In this document: one piece after another, positions 24,600 to 34,986 of the stretch | Numbering within the stretch: the first letter of the stretch is position 1 | How the letters are laid out: the number at the start of each line of letters is the position of its first letter | Source of the DNA: a virus | Lineage: Duplodnaviria; Caudoviricetes | DNA length: 38,599 nucleotides | Virus record (IMG/VR): IMGVR_UViG_3300032225_000947 | Location: 1 to 38,599 of that record | Reading direction: 5' to 3' (one strand) | Position numbers and translations under genes: made by a program | The notes under the pieces: model-generated | Told to the model about the DNA's origin: nothing | Seen by the model: only the letters and a program-made list of their open reading frames with translations | The model's database searches: none

Positions 24600-24890
24600 G
24601 TGGCTGTTGTTTCTAAGCAGATAAGCATCCCAACGAACGCCGCGACTTTGCTGTTCACACAGCAGTGCAAAGACGCGAATATGTGGCAGGTGTCAATCTA
24701 CAATTATGACGGCACCATTAAGGTTGGGTTGGGTGATTCTGCTATGACGCGCACGACGGCGGGGCATCAAATAGCCGCGACTAGTGAGCATACGATGATT
24801 ATTCCTTACGGCGAGTCCCTGTACGGAATCACCATGTCAGGTTCTACCGCTGTTGCCGTTGGTGTTCTTGCTCTTGGGCAGCCCTCATGA
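24600..24890 (+). CDS. Small beta-rich head-associated protein
   Basis: GGAGG RBS; sits between the MuF and protease genes. Confidence 0.6.
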   Translation: MAVVSKQISIPTNAATLLFTQQCKDANMWQVSIYNYDGTIKVGLGDSAMTRTTAGHQIAATSEHTMIIPYGESLYGITMSGSTAVAVGVLALGQPS

Positions 24891-26101
24891 ATCTAGCCAG
24901 CGTTTACGCCCCGATCCTGAAGAAGGAACGCCAGTCTGACGGCACCCTTCTTGTTACTGGTATTGCTACCGATGACACGTTGGACATTGATGACCAGATT
25001 TGTGACCCGTCATGGCTTGAGCGCGCAATGCCAGCCTGGTTCAAGTTCGGGAACATCCGCGAGCAGCACTCAAACATCGCTGCCGGTATTGCCACGAAGT
25101 ACGAGATGGATGGATCGAGGCATCTCGTAACGGCTCGGGTGGTTGACCCTAACTCTGTTATGAAGGTTGAGGCTGGAGTCCTTAAAGGTTTCAGTATTGG
25201 TATCCGTAATCCTCGTGTTTCTAAGGATAAGGATGCTATGGGTGGCCGGATTGTGGATGGGGAGATCGTGGAAGTTTCGCTGGTTGATCGACCGGCGAAT
25301 CCGTCTTGCCTGATTGAGTTGGCTAAGTCAGTGGGCGGGGTTGTTCAGCAGACAGAAACTCTTATTGAGAAGGAGAGCGCCGTGGAGCGTTGCAAAGAAT
25401 GCGGTAAGGCGTTTCCGTCTGCCGATATGAAAGCCGGAATGTGCGACAAGTGCTACGGCATGAAAGCCGACATGGGCACTTGCAAGATGTGCGGTGTTGA
25501 TTGCGCCGCCGACGACATGAAGGACGGCATGTGCGGGAAATGTCATCACATGAAGGTAGCTGAGGAGTCTGAGATGAAAGCTGCTGAGGAGTCTTCTCAG
25601 AAGCCTGGTGAGGAGTCCTCGCAGAAGATGAACGAGGAGTCGTCCCGTCAAGGTGGCGTTGCTGGTGTTGCTGGTCGTGCAGCTGATGCTCCGATGGAGT
25701 CAACTGAGGCTTCTGAGGAGAAGGAATCTTCAGCTGAGATGACTGGTAGCGAAGTGACTGAGGAATCTACGGAGGATTCTGAACTGGTTGAGGATCACTC
25801 GCTTGCGTCCATTGCTCAGACTCTTGCCCGTCTTGAATCAATGCTGTCTAATATGACTAGTTCTGCGAAGGAAACCGCTAAGAGCGTCAATGCTATTGAC
25901 GAGCGCGTTTCAAAGGTAGAGAAGTCTGCTAGTTCACGGGGACCGGTGCGTACCGCTGTTAAGGCGGCTGCTGCCCCGGATCAGACGGATATTAAGGCAG
26001 CAAAGGCTGCTGACTACCGCGCTAAGGCTGCCGCCGTTAGCGATCCTGCTCTGGCACAGGGATACCTGCTGTTGGCGCACGAAGCAGAACACTCCAACTA
26101 A
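24887..26101 (+). CDS. Prohead protease fused to Zn-ribbon repeats and an acidic scaffold
   Basis: GNIREQH, GVLKGFSIG, EVSLVDRPANP; two CxxC..CxxC repeats; EESS repeats. Confidence 0.88.
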   Translation: MNLASVYAPILKKERQSDGTLLVTGIATDDTLDIDDQICDPSWLERAMPAWFKFGNIREQHSNIAAGIATKYEMDGSRHLVTARVVDPNSVMKVEAGVLKGFSIGIRNPRVSKDKDAMGGRIVDGEIVEVSLVDRPANPSCLIELAKSVGGVVQQTETLIEKESAVERCKECGKAFPSADMKAGMCDKCYGMKADMGTCKMCGVDCAADDMKDGMCGKCHHMKVAEESEMKAAEESSQKPGEESSQKMNEESSRQGGVAGVAGRAADAPMESTEASEEKESSAEMTGSEVTEESTEDSELVEDHSLASIAQTLARLESMLSNMTSSAKETAKSVNAIDERVSKVEKSASSRGPVRTAVKAAAAPDQTDIKAAKAADYRAKAAAVSDPALAQGYLLLAHEAEHSN

Positions 26102-26119
26102 CCCTAAGGAATAATTGTT

Positions 26120-27814
26120 ATGTCTTCTCTCCCTCCCGCGAGTGAGATGTTTGGCACGACTGACCCGCGTGATCTTGCGGCTAAGACCGAAGGCTTCAAC
26201 GAGTCTCTGGTTAAGTCCCTGAACGCTGGCGCTCGTGGCGACTTCGCCCCCGCTATCAACCTTCCTGGCATGGTTCAGGGTCCGGCTGCCGCAATGGCTG
26301 AACTGGAAAAGGCCGCTTCTAACCCGTCTCTGGCTAAGGCAATCGGTGCTGACACCCTTGCTTCTCTTCAGGCTCAGGTTCAGGCTTCCCGCGATCTCGT
26401 AAAGGACATCACCATCGGTGACGGCCTGACCACTGGTTCGCCCATCGGAACTGGCCTTGTGCCGTTCGACCTTGAGGCACCGGCTAAGTACCTCGCACCC
26501 CGCCCCACCCCGCTGCGCAACAAGCTCCCCCGCGAAAAGGGACAAGGCACGAGCCGTCGCTTCAAGCGCATCACCGGTATCAGCGGTTCCGGCACTGGCG
26601 GCGTGGGCGTGTTCCACCCCGGCATCTCGGAGACCACTCAGAACAACTTCGCCCCCTCGGGTGCGTCGAATGCTCTGTACCTGAACCGTGGCGCAAAGAT
26701 CAGCTACGCCGGTGACGACAAGGTTGTCCCCTATTTCGAGTTCGGTGTGTCGGACAGCGTTTCGTTCGCTGCCCAGTACGCCGGCCAAGGATTCCAGGAC
26801 ATCCGCGCTCTGTCGGCTCAGTCGCTGCTGTACAGCTCCATGCTTCTTGAGGAGCGTATGCTTCTCGTGGGCCGTGGAAGCGACACGACCTACTTCAGCG
26901 GTGCGCTGTCTGCTCCGACAATCACGATCACGCTGCGCGCTCCGGCTACTGGCGAGACCGCGATCACGGGTGCTAGCACCAACATTTACGTCAAGGCGAC
27001 CTCGGATGCTGGCGACTTCGGCCAGTCCGTTCTGTCGTCTGTCGCCTCGGTTGCTGCCTCGGCGGGAACTGTTGCTGACGTGAAGATCACGTCCGCTGTC
27101 ACGGGTGCTCTCGGTTACCGGGTTTACTCGGCTACTGCCGCGTCTGCTCCGGCTGACTCCGCGTTGTTCTACGACGGTCGTACCGGTTCCCTGACGTTCA
27201 CGGTTCAGGGTGCGTTCCCGACGACCATCGCGGCAAGCACCGTTACTGCTTCTTCTGCTTACGCGAATGGTTACGACGGCATCATGCCGATCGTTACCGG
27301 CGCGAACAGCGGTTACACGAAGAACCTGAACAGCACATTCAACGCTGTCAGCCCCGGTGGAGAGTTCCAGACGGCGTTCGCGTCGCTCTACGACTCCGTT
27401 AAGGCTGACCCGGATGAGATCCTGTTCAATGGTTCTGACCGTAAGGCTCTGTCTGAGCTGCTGAAGAACTCGTCCTCAACCAATTACCGCCTCACCCTCC
27501 AGCAGGATGAGATCGGCAACGCGGTTATCGGTTCGGTTATCACGGCCATCCAGAACGAAGTCACCGGCAAGGTTGTGCCGATGACCGTTCACCCATGGAT
27601 GCCGCAGGGCAACACGGCGATCCTGTCGTACAGCCTTCCGATCCCCGATTCACAGGTCAGCAACGTCTGGTCTGTGGTCAACGTGCAGGACTACATGGGC
27701 ATCAACTGGCCGGTCATCGACTTCCAGTACCAGATGTCGTCCTACTGGCAGGGCACCTTCGTGTGCTACGCCCCGGCGTGGAACGGCTCCATCACCGGAA
27801 TCGTCGCCGCTTAG
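26120..27814 (+). CDS. Major capsid protein with an inserted Ser/Thr/Ala-rich beta domain
   Basis: AAGGA RBS; strong codon bias; FDLEAPAK.L.P.PTPLRNKLPR; position after protease. Confidence 0.85.
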   Translation: MSSLPPASEMFGTTDPRDLAAKTEGFNESLVKSLNAGARGDFAPAINLPGMVQGPAAAMAELEKAASNPSLAKAIGADTLASLQAQVQASRDLVKDITIGDGLTTGSPIGTGLVPFDLEAPAKYLAPRPTPLRNKLPREKGQGTSRRFKRITGISGSGTGGVGVFHPGISETTQNNFAPSGASNALYLNRGAKISYAGDDKVVPYFEFGVSDSVSFAAQYAGQGFQDIRALSAQSLLYSSMLLEERMLLVGRGSDTTYFSGALSAPTITITLRAPATGETAITGASTNIYVKATSDAGDFGQSVLSSVASVAASAGTVADVKITSAVTGALGYRVYSATAASAPADSALFYDGRTGSLTFTVQGAFPTTIAASTVTASSAYANGYDGIMPIVTGANSGYTKNLNSTFNAVSPGGEFQTAFASLYDSVKADPDEILFNGSDRKALSELLKNSSSTNYRLTLQQDEIGNAVIGSVITAIQNEVTGKVVPMTVHPWMPQGNTAILSYSLPIPDSQVSNVWSVVNVQDYMGINWPVIDFQYQMSSYWQGTFVCYAPAWNGSITGIVAA

Positions 27815-27820
27815 TAAGCC

Positions 27821-27865
27821 GCCTGTGGGGGGCAGTCAGCCCGTCCCTGACTGCTCCCCGCAGGC
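27821..27865 (+). terminator. 19-bp GC-rich hairpin after the capsid gene (terminator or stabiliser, no U-tail)
   Basis: gcctgtggggggcagtcag / ctgactgctccccgcaggc with two G-U pairs. Confidence 0.65.
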
Positions 27866-27886
27866 ACCTAACTGAAGGACGGTTAC

Positions 27887-28156
27887 ATGAAACGCATGAT
27901 TGCGCCTAACGACACGATGCGTGAGGTCACGATCAATGGTGCTCGGTTTGGTGGTAGTAAGACGTATGGATGGTCGAAGGATGGAACGGTTCATGTGGAG
28001 TCTGCGGCTCATGTGAAGGCGTTGAAGGATGCTGGTTTCACTGAAGCTGGCGTGAATTTGTCGTCTAGCGGCCAAGGTTTTAAGTGTTTGGCTTGTGGTT
28101 TCCACGGCTGGTTTAAGAAGTGCAGTAGGTGCGGAGAAGAGGGAGAGCGTGGCTAA
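27887..28156 (+). CDS. Small Zn-ribbon protein
   Basis: CLACGF...CSRCG; AAGGA RBS. Confidence 0.65.
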   Translation: MKRMIAPNDTMREVTINGARFGGSKTYGWSKDGTVHVESAAHVKALKDAGFTEAGVNLSSSGQGFKCLACGFHGWFKKCSRCGEEGERG

Positions 28157-29036
28157 CGCAATTAGTACTACTTCTCCGTTATTTACGACGCCTTATTTGA
28201 CGATTGCGGAGTTTAAGCAGGCTCCTACTGCGATTGATGTTGATGATCTTGTCGGTGGCGGTACGAGTGGTATTAACGATCAAGAACTTGCTAACGTTAT
28301 TGGTCGTGCTTCGTCGTGGATTGATTCGTACTGTGGTCAGGTGTTGTCGTCTACAACGGACACAGAGACCTCCAGGGGCCGCATAAATCGTCAAGGGTTC
28401 CTGACTATCCACCCTAGGTTTTCGCCCGTCACAGAGGTCGTGAGCCTTTCTTATGGGCCTTTGCCTAGCCTGTTGACTAGCGTTGACGTGTCAACGTTGT
28501 GGATTGAGTCTCAGTCAGTGGTTTTCCCGATTCAAGGGTTTTCTACAGCGTTTTCAGGCCCGATTCAGTTCAGCGGTAACTACTCCATTTCGCAGGAGCA
28601 GTTCATCAGCATGACCTACGTCAACGGCTATGCTAACACTTTGTTGAGTGCGTCTGTGGCTGCTTCTGTTTCCAGCCTTCCCGTTACCGATCTTGCTGGG
28701 TTTACTCCAAATCATCAGTTTGTGATTTATGACGGGGCAAGCACAGAGATTTTGACTGTCGCATCATCATTCGTTCCTGCTTCCGGGGCGGGAAACTTAA
28801 CTCTTTCTTCGGCAATTGCCTATACGCACGCTAAGGGGATCAGTGTTTCTGCCCTTCCCCCAGCTGTGAAGCAAGCCGCGATCTTTGTGACTTCAGCGAT
28901 CTTGAAGGCCAGAGGTAATGCGGCCCTTGTAATGCAGACTCTTACCCCAGCAACAATCCAGTCATCTAATCCTTCTGCGGCGGGGGATTTGATGGAGGCG
29001 TGGGACATTCTTAAGCCGTATCGCAGGATTCGATAA
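28149..29036 (+). CDS. Head-to-tail adaptor with an inserted domain
   Basis: YLTIAEFK...ASSWIDSYCG...LPPAVKQAA...ILKPYRR. Confidence 0.75.
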   Translation: MANAISTTSPLFTTPYLTIAEFKQAPTAIDVDDLVGGGTSGINDQELANVIGRASSWIDSYCGQVLSSTTDTETSRGRINRQGFLTIHPRFSPVTEVVSLSYGPLPSLLTSVDVSTLWIESQSVVFPIQGFSTAFSGPIQFSGNYSISQEQFISMTYVNGYANTLLSASVAASVSSLPVTDLAGFTPNHQFVIYDGASTEILTVASSFVPASGAGNLTLSSAIAYTHAKGISVSALPPAVKQAAIFVTSAILKARGNAALVMQTLTPATIQSSNPSAAGDLMEAWDILKPYRRIR

Positions 29037-29524
29037 TGTCTAGAACTACGGTTCGAGCTGATGTTGCGGCGTTTTTCCAACCGCCGACTGTTACGGGCTT
29101 GAACAAGGTTTATACGTCGTTTCCGAAACGTATCCCTGGAGGCGACTTCCGTTACGGGCAGTCTTCTGGCACGAAGTCGGGGGCAGTTGGGGTTGTCTAC
29201 ATTGCTGGCGAGCGTGAGGAACGTATCGCTATTGGCGGTGCAACTTCGGGTAAGAAGTGGGTGCATTACACGGTTGAGTTGCATGTGTTTTGCCACAGTA
29301 TTGAGTTACATGCGGAAGACGCAATGGCCTTCTTTGATACTACAATTGATAATGTGAAGGCGCGGCTGCGTTCGGATCGTACTCTTGGTGATTATCCGGT
29401 GATTTTTGAGGCCGGCGAACGAGATTTGTCTGCCATATACGGGGAGCCGAAGGTGCTGAATGATGGCGCTAGCGAGGTTTGGGGCCGTGTTCGGTTTGAG
29501 GTCAGCGAAGTTCTCACAACATAG
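29036..29524 (+). CDS. Tail terminator/neck protein
   Basis: Position before the major tail gene; RLRSDRTLG motif. Confidence 0.6.
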   Translation: MSRTTVRADVAAFFQPPTVTGLNKVYTSFPKRIPGGDFRYGQSSGTKSGAVGVVYIAGEREERIAIGGATSGKKWVHYTVELHVFCHSIELHAEDAMAFFDTTIDNVKARLRSDRTLGDYPVIFEAGERDLSAIYGEPKVLNDGASEVWGRVRFEVSEVLTT

Positions 29525-29533
29525 AAGGTTGAC

Positions 29534-29716
29534 ATGAAGTTTCAAAGTGTTGAGGCGCGTGAGTATCCGACGCTGGCGATGACGCTTGACGCCGGTGTCG
29601 TGGTAGATTTACCTGACAACACGAGCGTGGCGGGGCTTGTGCCGGTTTCCGATAAGAAGGCTGCCCCTGCGGCCCCAGTTGTGGAAGTGAGTGACAATGG
29701 CTCTGCCCCGCTCTAG
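29534..29716 (+). CDS. Small hypothetical protein
   Basis: Fills the gap; GAAGG RBS. Confidence 0.55.
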   Translation: MKFQSVEAREYPTLAMTLDAGVVVDLPDNTSVAGLVPVSDKKAAPAAPVVEVSDNGSAPL

Positions 29717-30692
29717 GTCATATCTAGGCATTGCTAAGGAAACCCGCCCTGCGGCAGGTTCGTCCCCTTCGGCAGTAGCCGCCACTGACTACATCCCATT
29801 TACTAGCATCACGCCGTTCGACAACGTTAAGTACCTTGATGACAAGGGTATGCGTGGGTCGATGGTTGACGAGTACGGTGTCATTCAGGGCAACATTTAC
29901 AGCGAATTTGATTTCGGTGGAGATGTTTTTGCGGACACTGTTGGCTACATTTATGGTGGCGTTCTTGGTGATGTTGCTACGACTGGCACGGGTGCCCCGT
30001 ACACGCACACCATTTCTACTTTGAACTCGCAGGCCAGCAACGGCCAGCCGACCACGTTCACCCTGTCGGACTACTACAGCCTTGGGTCGTCTTCAACGCG
30101 CCAGTTCGCGGGTGTTCAGTTCGCCAGCATTGACACGAAGTTCTCTGCTGATGCTCTGGTGACGTACACGGCTAAGGGCATGGGTTTCCAGTCTGCGACT
30201 GCCGCTAATCCCACCCCGTCGTTTTCTGCGGTTACCCCGCAGGCAGCATGGACGGGCACCGTTACTCTCGCGGGTTCGGTTACGGCGACGCTTGCTGAGG
30301 GCAACGTGAACATCACGCGCCCTGTTACTCCGATCTTCACGGTTGACGGAACTCAGTCCCCGTACCAGTTGTTTGCCGGTCCGGTTACTGCTGAGGGTTC
30401 GCTGCTGCTCGTGTTTGAATCGGATACGCAGTTGAACTACTACTTGCAGAACACTCAGCCGTCGTTGGCAGTTGACTTCCAGTCGGGTACGGGTGCTTCT
30501 CTGGTTGAGGTCAAGTTCAATATGACTAAGTGTGCGTTCACGGTTGCGAAGATTGACCGCAGCAAGGACTACATTGAGTTGAGCGTGAACTACAAGGCGA
30601 TTGCTAACACGACCGATGCTGGAGCGTCGGCTGGTTACTCACCGCTGAAGGTCACGTTGAAGAACGCTAAGGCTTCAGGTACTTACGCATAA
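29697..30692 (+). CDS. Major tail tube protein
   Basis: YLGIAKET start; size, codon bias and position before TAC/TMP. Confidence 0.85.
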   Translation: MALPRSRSYLGIAKETRPAAGSSPSAVAATDYIPFTSITPFDNVKYLDDKGMRGSMVDEYGVIQGNIYSEFDFGGDVFADTVGYIYGGVLGDVATTGTGAPYTHTISTLNSQASNGQPTTFTLSDYYSLGSSSTRQFAGVQFASIDTKFSADALVTYTAKGMGFQSATAANPTPSFSAVTPQAAWTGTVTLAGSVTATLAEGNVNITRPVTPIFTVDGTQSPYQLFAGPVTAEGSLLLVFESDTQLNYYLQNTQPSLAVDFQSGTGASLVEVKFNMTKCAFTVAKIDRSKDYIELSVNYKAIANTTDAGASAGYSPLKVTLKNAKASGTYA

Positions 30693-30716
30693 CACTCTAG
30701 GTAAAGGACGGTTGCT

Positions 30717-31085
30717 GTGGATCGTGTTGAGGTTCCTTTTGGCTGGGTTGTGTTCAGTGACCCTAAGTCGGTGACAGAAGGTCAGCGTCGCCCTGTAGTC
30801 AAAGCGTCAATGCTTTTGTCTGCGAAGTTTCGGGCTACAGCTGATGGGGCCGATCCGTCTGAGGATGACATTGACAAGATGTCTGCTTTCAATGATGCGG
30901 TGATTATCGCGTTGGTGAAGGAATGGTCTTTTGACGCCCCGGTTTCTCATGAAGGTCTTTTGGAGATTCCTGGTGCTGCTTACGATGTCTTGCAGAGGAA
31001 AGTTTCTCCGATGGTGTCTGATTTGATGCCGTCGTTTGAGGCGGACCCGAGTGAGGTGTCCCCTACCGTGCCCTCCGCAGAGTAA
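30717..31085 (+). CDS. Tail assembly chaperone (G)
   Basis: IALVKEWSFD motif; between the tail tube and TMP genes. Confidence 0.75.
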   Translation: MDRVEVPFGWVVFSDPKSVTEGQRRPVVKASMLLSAKFRATADGADPSEDDIDKMSAFNDAVIIALVKEWSFDAPVSHEGLLEIPGAAYDVLQRKVSPMVSDLMPSFEADPSEVSPTVPSAE

Positions 31086-31267
31086 CTTGGCTGCTGGAGG
31101 GTAATGCTCCTGATGAGCGTTTCCCGGTCCCTGAAGAGTTGAGGGATTGGAAGTTAGCGAAGACGTTTGGTTGGACTAAGAGTGAGATAGATGAGCAGCC
31201 TGCGGTTTGGCTAGACTGGTTGCTTAGAATAGACGGGGCGGCGTCTGAGGTTCAGGCTAGGAGATGA
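31061..31267 (+). CDS. -1 frameshift extension of the tail assembly chaperone (T)
   Basis: Stop-free -1 frame PYRALRRVTWLL...LAKTFGWTKSEIDEQPAVWLDWLL...; no clear start of its own. Confidence 0.7.
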   Translation, partial: PYRALRRVTWLLEGNAPDERFPVPEELRDWKLAKTFGWTKSEIDEQPAVWLDWLLRIDGAASEVQARR

Positions 31268-31270
31268 CTC

Positions 31271-31666
31271 ATGCCCGTCACTGTCAACAGTCAGGCGACT
31301 GTCGGGGCTTTGACGGCTTTAACATGGAAGGCGTCTTCTGCTCTGGGTTCTGGGGTGAAGCAGGCGGCAGATTTGCTATCTACGGATATTGTGAATCTTT
31401 TGGGGTCTAAGCCTTATCCGCCGGCATCTACTTATGAGACTTCGCCGGCCATTCGAACGGGTAATTTGCAGTCCAGTACTGGGTTTGATGGCGTGTACTC
31501 TCAGGGAGTTGGCGGGTATGCGGCAAAGGTTTCCACTAAGGCTGGGTATGCGGCTGCCCTTGAACCGCCGAGTAAACTTAATAGACCGTTCTTTCAAGTA
31601 ACTCTTGCTGCGGATATGAATCGCATCCGTGAAGCTGTTGTGTCAGCTTTGAACGGGGTGTTGTGA
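31271..31666 (+). CDS. HK97 gp10-like tail completion protein
   Basis: PAIRTGNLQSS...YAAALE...RPFF. Confidence 0.65.
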   Translation: MPVTVNSQATVGALTALTWKASSALGSGVKQAADLLSTDIVNLLGSKPYPPASTYETSPAIRTGNLQSSTGFDGVYSQGVGGYAAKVSTKAGYAAALEPPSKLNRPFFQVTLAADMNRIREAVVSALNGVL

Positions 31667-34600
31667 TGGCCGATCTACCCCCAGTAACAGTTGAGATTAC
31701 GGCGAATATTACGCAGTTCACTGCTGCGGTTGCCCAGGTTCAGAGGTCGCTTGCTGAACTTGGTGTTCAGTCTCAGAAGACTTCTCAGCAGCAGGTTGCT
31801 GCCTCTAATGCTGCTGCTAGTGCTGGTGTGGCGTCGGCTTCAAGTCTTGAGAAAGCACAGAAAGCCCTTCTTGCGGAGGTTGATGCGGTCAGCCAGCAAG
31901 CCGAAAGGGCAAGTACCTCTGCCCTCAATTCTTCCGTTAGGGCACAAGGTCTTATTGCAAAGATTGCTAAATCTTCTCAAGATTCTGGGAAAACAATTGT
32001 TGAGGCAAATGATAAAGCTTCTTCATCTTTCAAGAATCTTGGTAATGCCGCTAATGCGGCGTTTGTGACGTTGGGTGCAGCACGGTCGGGTAACTATTTT
32101 TATGCGTTTGCTGCTGGGTCCCAATTTTTGACTAAATTCACATCTGATCTTGGTGGCGCTTCTGTTGGCATGAAAGCGCTTGGTGGTGCGGGTATTGTGG
32201 CAGCCATTGGTATTACAGCGGTGGCTACCGCAGGTGCCGCACTTTTTGAGGCCGCTAAAGCACCAATTGAGATGGCTGCTAATTTTCAGGTTCTCAAAAT
32301 TCAGCTCGAAGGTTTGTTGGGTTCCGCCCAACGGGCTAATGCAGAGTTCAAGTTTTTGACAGACCTTGGTCAGAAGTCAATTGTTCCTACTCAGTCACTT
32401 ATTGAGGCTGACCGTCAGTTGCTTGCGTTTGGTGTGCATTCGGATAGCACTCGTCAGAGCTTGGTGAAGTTCTTCAGCGATTTTGGTACGGCGACAAGCG
32501 CTAGTACGCAGCAGATTTATTTCATGTCGCTTGCCTTGGGCCAAGTATCTGCGGCTGGTAAAGCAAACATGGTTGATCTTCGCCAGCTGGCTAATGCTGG
32601 TATCAATCTTGGTGACTTGTATCAGATTGTTGGACAGCATATTGGTAAGTCTTCTCAGTATGTTTCTGAAAGTGTTAAAGACGGTATTTTTACGGCCCCG
32701 GTTTTGTTTGCTGCTTTACAAGAATATGGGAAGAAATATGAAGACACCGCCGATAAAGCACGTAAATCAACTATGGGTATTCTTGCCAATATCAAAGACA
32801 TTGTTGAAGTTGGGTTTGGCAGTGCTTTTGCTGGCTTGAATGAGCAAGTTGCGGGTGTTTTGTTTACCGTTCAAGGTCTTATTCAAAAAATTGATTTTAG
32901 GGGGCTTGCTGCTGGTTTTCAGACAGCTTTTAACCAAATTAGTAGATCGCTTCAGGGCATTGACTGGAATGGTTTGCTGCGATTTTTTAACGATTATTTG
33001 CCTAAAGCAATTGCTATAACCGGAGCAGTTATAGGTACTTTTATTTCAACAGTTAGAGCATCGGTTAGTGTGGTAAATGTTATTGGGCAATCCGTTTACA
33101 TGATTGTTCAAGCGATTATTCGCGCTTTTGCCGATGCTGCAATTGCTGTAACAAATTTTAATGATTTTGTTGGCAATATTTCTGATGAGCAGGCAGATAT
33201 TGATCGCCGTAAATGGGCGGCAATGGGTGATAACGCGACTAAGGCTATGGAGGGCGCGAAGATCACTATGGGCAAGACGATGGATGATTTACGTGCTATT
33301 GGTAGTACTCCAATTGATATTACTGTCAGGATAGTTAAAGAAGATTCTTATGACCGGGCTTTAGCAAATCGTTTTCAAGCTGCTAGGGATGCTGGGCAGA
33401 ATGCTATTGACTCAAAACCTTTTGATTGGTCTAAGGCTTTCAATCTTCAGGGTCTTGGTGGTGCTGCTAGTAAAACGAAGCAGACGTTTACGGACATTAA
33501 AGCAACGATTGAAGACTTTGGAAGTAATGTTACTGAGACGATGAGCAAGATTCCTCACGTCACTTCTGAGGTTGCTTCGCAGATTCGTGACGGATACCAG
33601 AATCTTGTTAATAGCCAGAAGGCGATTCTCAATAATTTCTTAAGTTACGCAAACAGTTACTACAACAAGATGGTTGGGTATCTTGATTTGGGTAAGGCGT
33701 TTGGTGACGCTAATGATGCGAAGAAGCGTGCTGCTGACGCTCAGAAGGCGTTGGATAAGTCTCTTGCGGATCAGCAGAAGGCTGTCGCTAAGGCCCAAGA
33801 TCAATATGCGGATACTGTTGCTAAGACTCAGGCGTCTATTGGTAAGTCTACTCGTGACGCGCAGCAGAAACTTGAGGCGGCTCAAACTAATCTAGCGGAT
33901 AAGCAGCGCCAAGCGGATGTTAAGACTGCTCAGATTCAGGCTGATTTGGCTTTGAAAGTTGCTGCTTTGCGTGATGGTTTGGAGTCTCGTCATCATGCTT
34001 CTCGATTGTTGTATGACATGGATGCGGCTCGTACACAGGATCAGATTAACCAGGCTCAGATTGATGCTACTGCTCGTTTGAGTGCGTTGCAGGATTCTTT
34101 GCAGACGGGTGCTGCTGCTGATGCGGTGGCTAAGGCGCAGCAGGATTTGATTGATTTGGCGGCTGACTCGGCGCAGAAACTTGCTGATGCTAAGTCGCAG
34201 GCTGATGAGACTTTGGCGGGTGTTGTTGAGTCGCAGAGGGATACGGTTTCTCAGGCTCAGTCTGCTTACGATGAGGCGGCTTCTGCTGCGGCTGTTTCGT
34301 ATGTTGACCGGTTTAAGCAGCAGATTAGTGATGTAAAGAATTGGATGGATGTTTCTTCTAAGTTGTTGCAGTCTGGGGTGAAGCAGGCTCTTGTGGATCA
34401 GATTGGTTCTCAGGGTCCGGCGGCTGGTACTGAGTTAGGTAATCAGCTGCTTTCTGATAGTGGCCTTTTGGGTACGTTGAAGAGTGATTGGCATACGATT
34501 ACTGAGGGTGTTGCGTCTACTGCTAATGCTTTATATGAGCAGTTTGGTCAGGAGACTGGTGGTTTTCTTGGTACGACTACGGGGCAGGCGGCTGTTGCGG

Positions 34601-34986
34601 CTTTAACTGAGAAAATGCAGGACGCGGCTAATGCGTGGAAAGCTATGGTTCGAAGCCTGTATCACACGACAGTAACTATTGACGTTCACTATAATTACAT
34701 TAATCCTCCGGCTTCTACAAATATTCAGATTCCTCATGGCGCGTTGCCGGCGTACGCTGATGGTGGTTATGTCCCATCAACTTCTCCTGCGATTATTCAT
34801 GCTGGCGAGTTTGTGTTGAGTAATGCGATGCTTGCCGGGAGACAGTCAGTTCCTCGTGAGATTCAGTCAGCTGTTTCTAACGTCAATAACTCTAGGAATG
34901 CGAATATCACCGTGAATGCGATGACTAATGCTGATCCGCACATGATCGGTAAGGAAATTGCGTGGGCTATTAGGACGAGTGTCTGA
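31666..34986 (+). CDS. Tape measure protein
   Basis: About 1106 aa, Ala/Gln-rich helical; ALGQVSAAGK...LRQLANAGI; YADGG...IIHAGEFVL C-terminus. Confidence 0.92.
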   Translation: MADLPPVTVEITANITQFTAAVAQVQRSLAELGVQSQKTSQQQVAASNAAASAGVASASSLEKAQKALLAEVDAVSQQAERASTSALNSSVRAQGLIAKIAKSSQDSGKTIVEANDKASSSFKNLGNAANAAFVTLGAARSGNYFYAFAAGSQFLTKFTSDLGGASVGMKALGGAGIVAAIGITAVATAGAALFEAAKAPIEMAANFQVLKIQLEGLLGSAQRANAEFKFLTDLGQKSIVPTQSLIEADRQLLAFGVHSDSTRQSLVKFFSDFGTATSASTQQIYFMSLALGQVSAAGKANMVDLRQLANAGINLGDLYQIVGQHIGKSSQYVSESVKDGIFTAPVLFAALQEYGKKYEDTADKARKSTMGILANIKDIVEVGFGSAFAGLNEQVAGVLFTVQGLIQKIDFRGLAAGFQTAFNQISRSLQGIDWNGLLRFFNDYLPKAIAITGAVIGTFISTVRASVSVVNVIGQSVYMIVQAIIRAFADAAIAVTNFNDFVGNISDEQADIDRRKWAAMGDNATKAMEGAKITMGKTMDDLRAIGSTPIDITVRIVKEDSYDRALANRFQAARDAGQNAIDSKPFDWSKAFNLQGLGGAASKTKQTFTDIKATIEDFGSNVTETMSKIPHVTSEVASQIRDGYQNLVNSQKAILNNFLSYANSYYNKMVGYLDLGKAFGDANDAKKRAADAQKALDKSLADQQKAVAKAQDQYADTVAKTQASIGKSTRDAQQKLEAAQTNLADKQRQADVKTAQIQADLALKVAALRDGLESRHHASRLLYDMDAARTQDQINQAQIDATARLSALQDSLQTGAAADAVAKAQQDLIDLAADSAQKLADAKSQADETLAGVVESQRDTVSQAQSAYDEAASAAAVSYVDRFKQQISDVKNWMDVSSKLLQSGVKQALVDQIGSQGPAAGTELGNQLLSDSGLLGTLKSDWHTITEGVASTANALYEQFGQETGGFLGTTTGQAAVAALTEKMQDAANAWKAMVRSLYHTTVTIDVHYNYINPPASTNIQIPHGALPAYADGGYVPSTSPAIIHAGEFVLSNAMLAGRQSVPREIQSAVSNVNNSRNANITVNAMTNADPHMIGKEIAWAIRTSV

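Noticed and set aside
25934-26788. 284-aa minus-strand ORF antisense to the capsid gene
   Set aside because: A typical antisense shadow of a strongly codon-biased gene, with no recognisable motifs.
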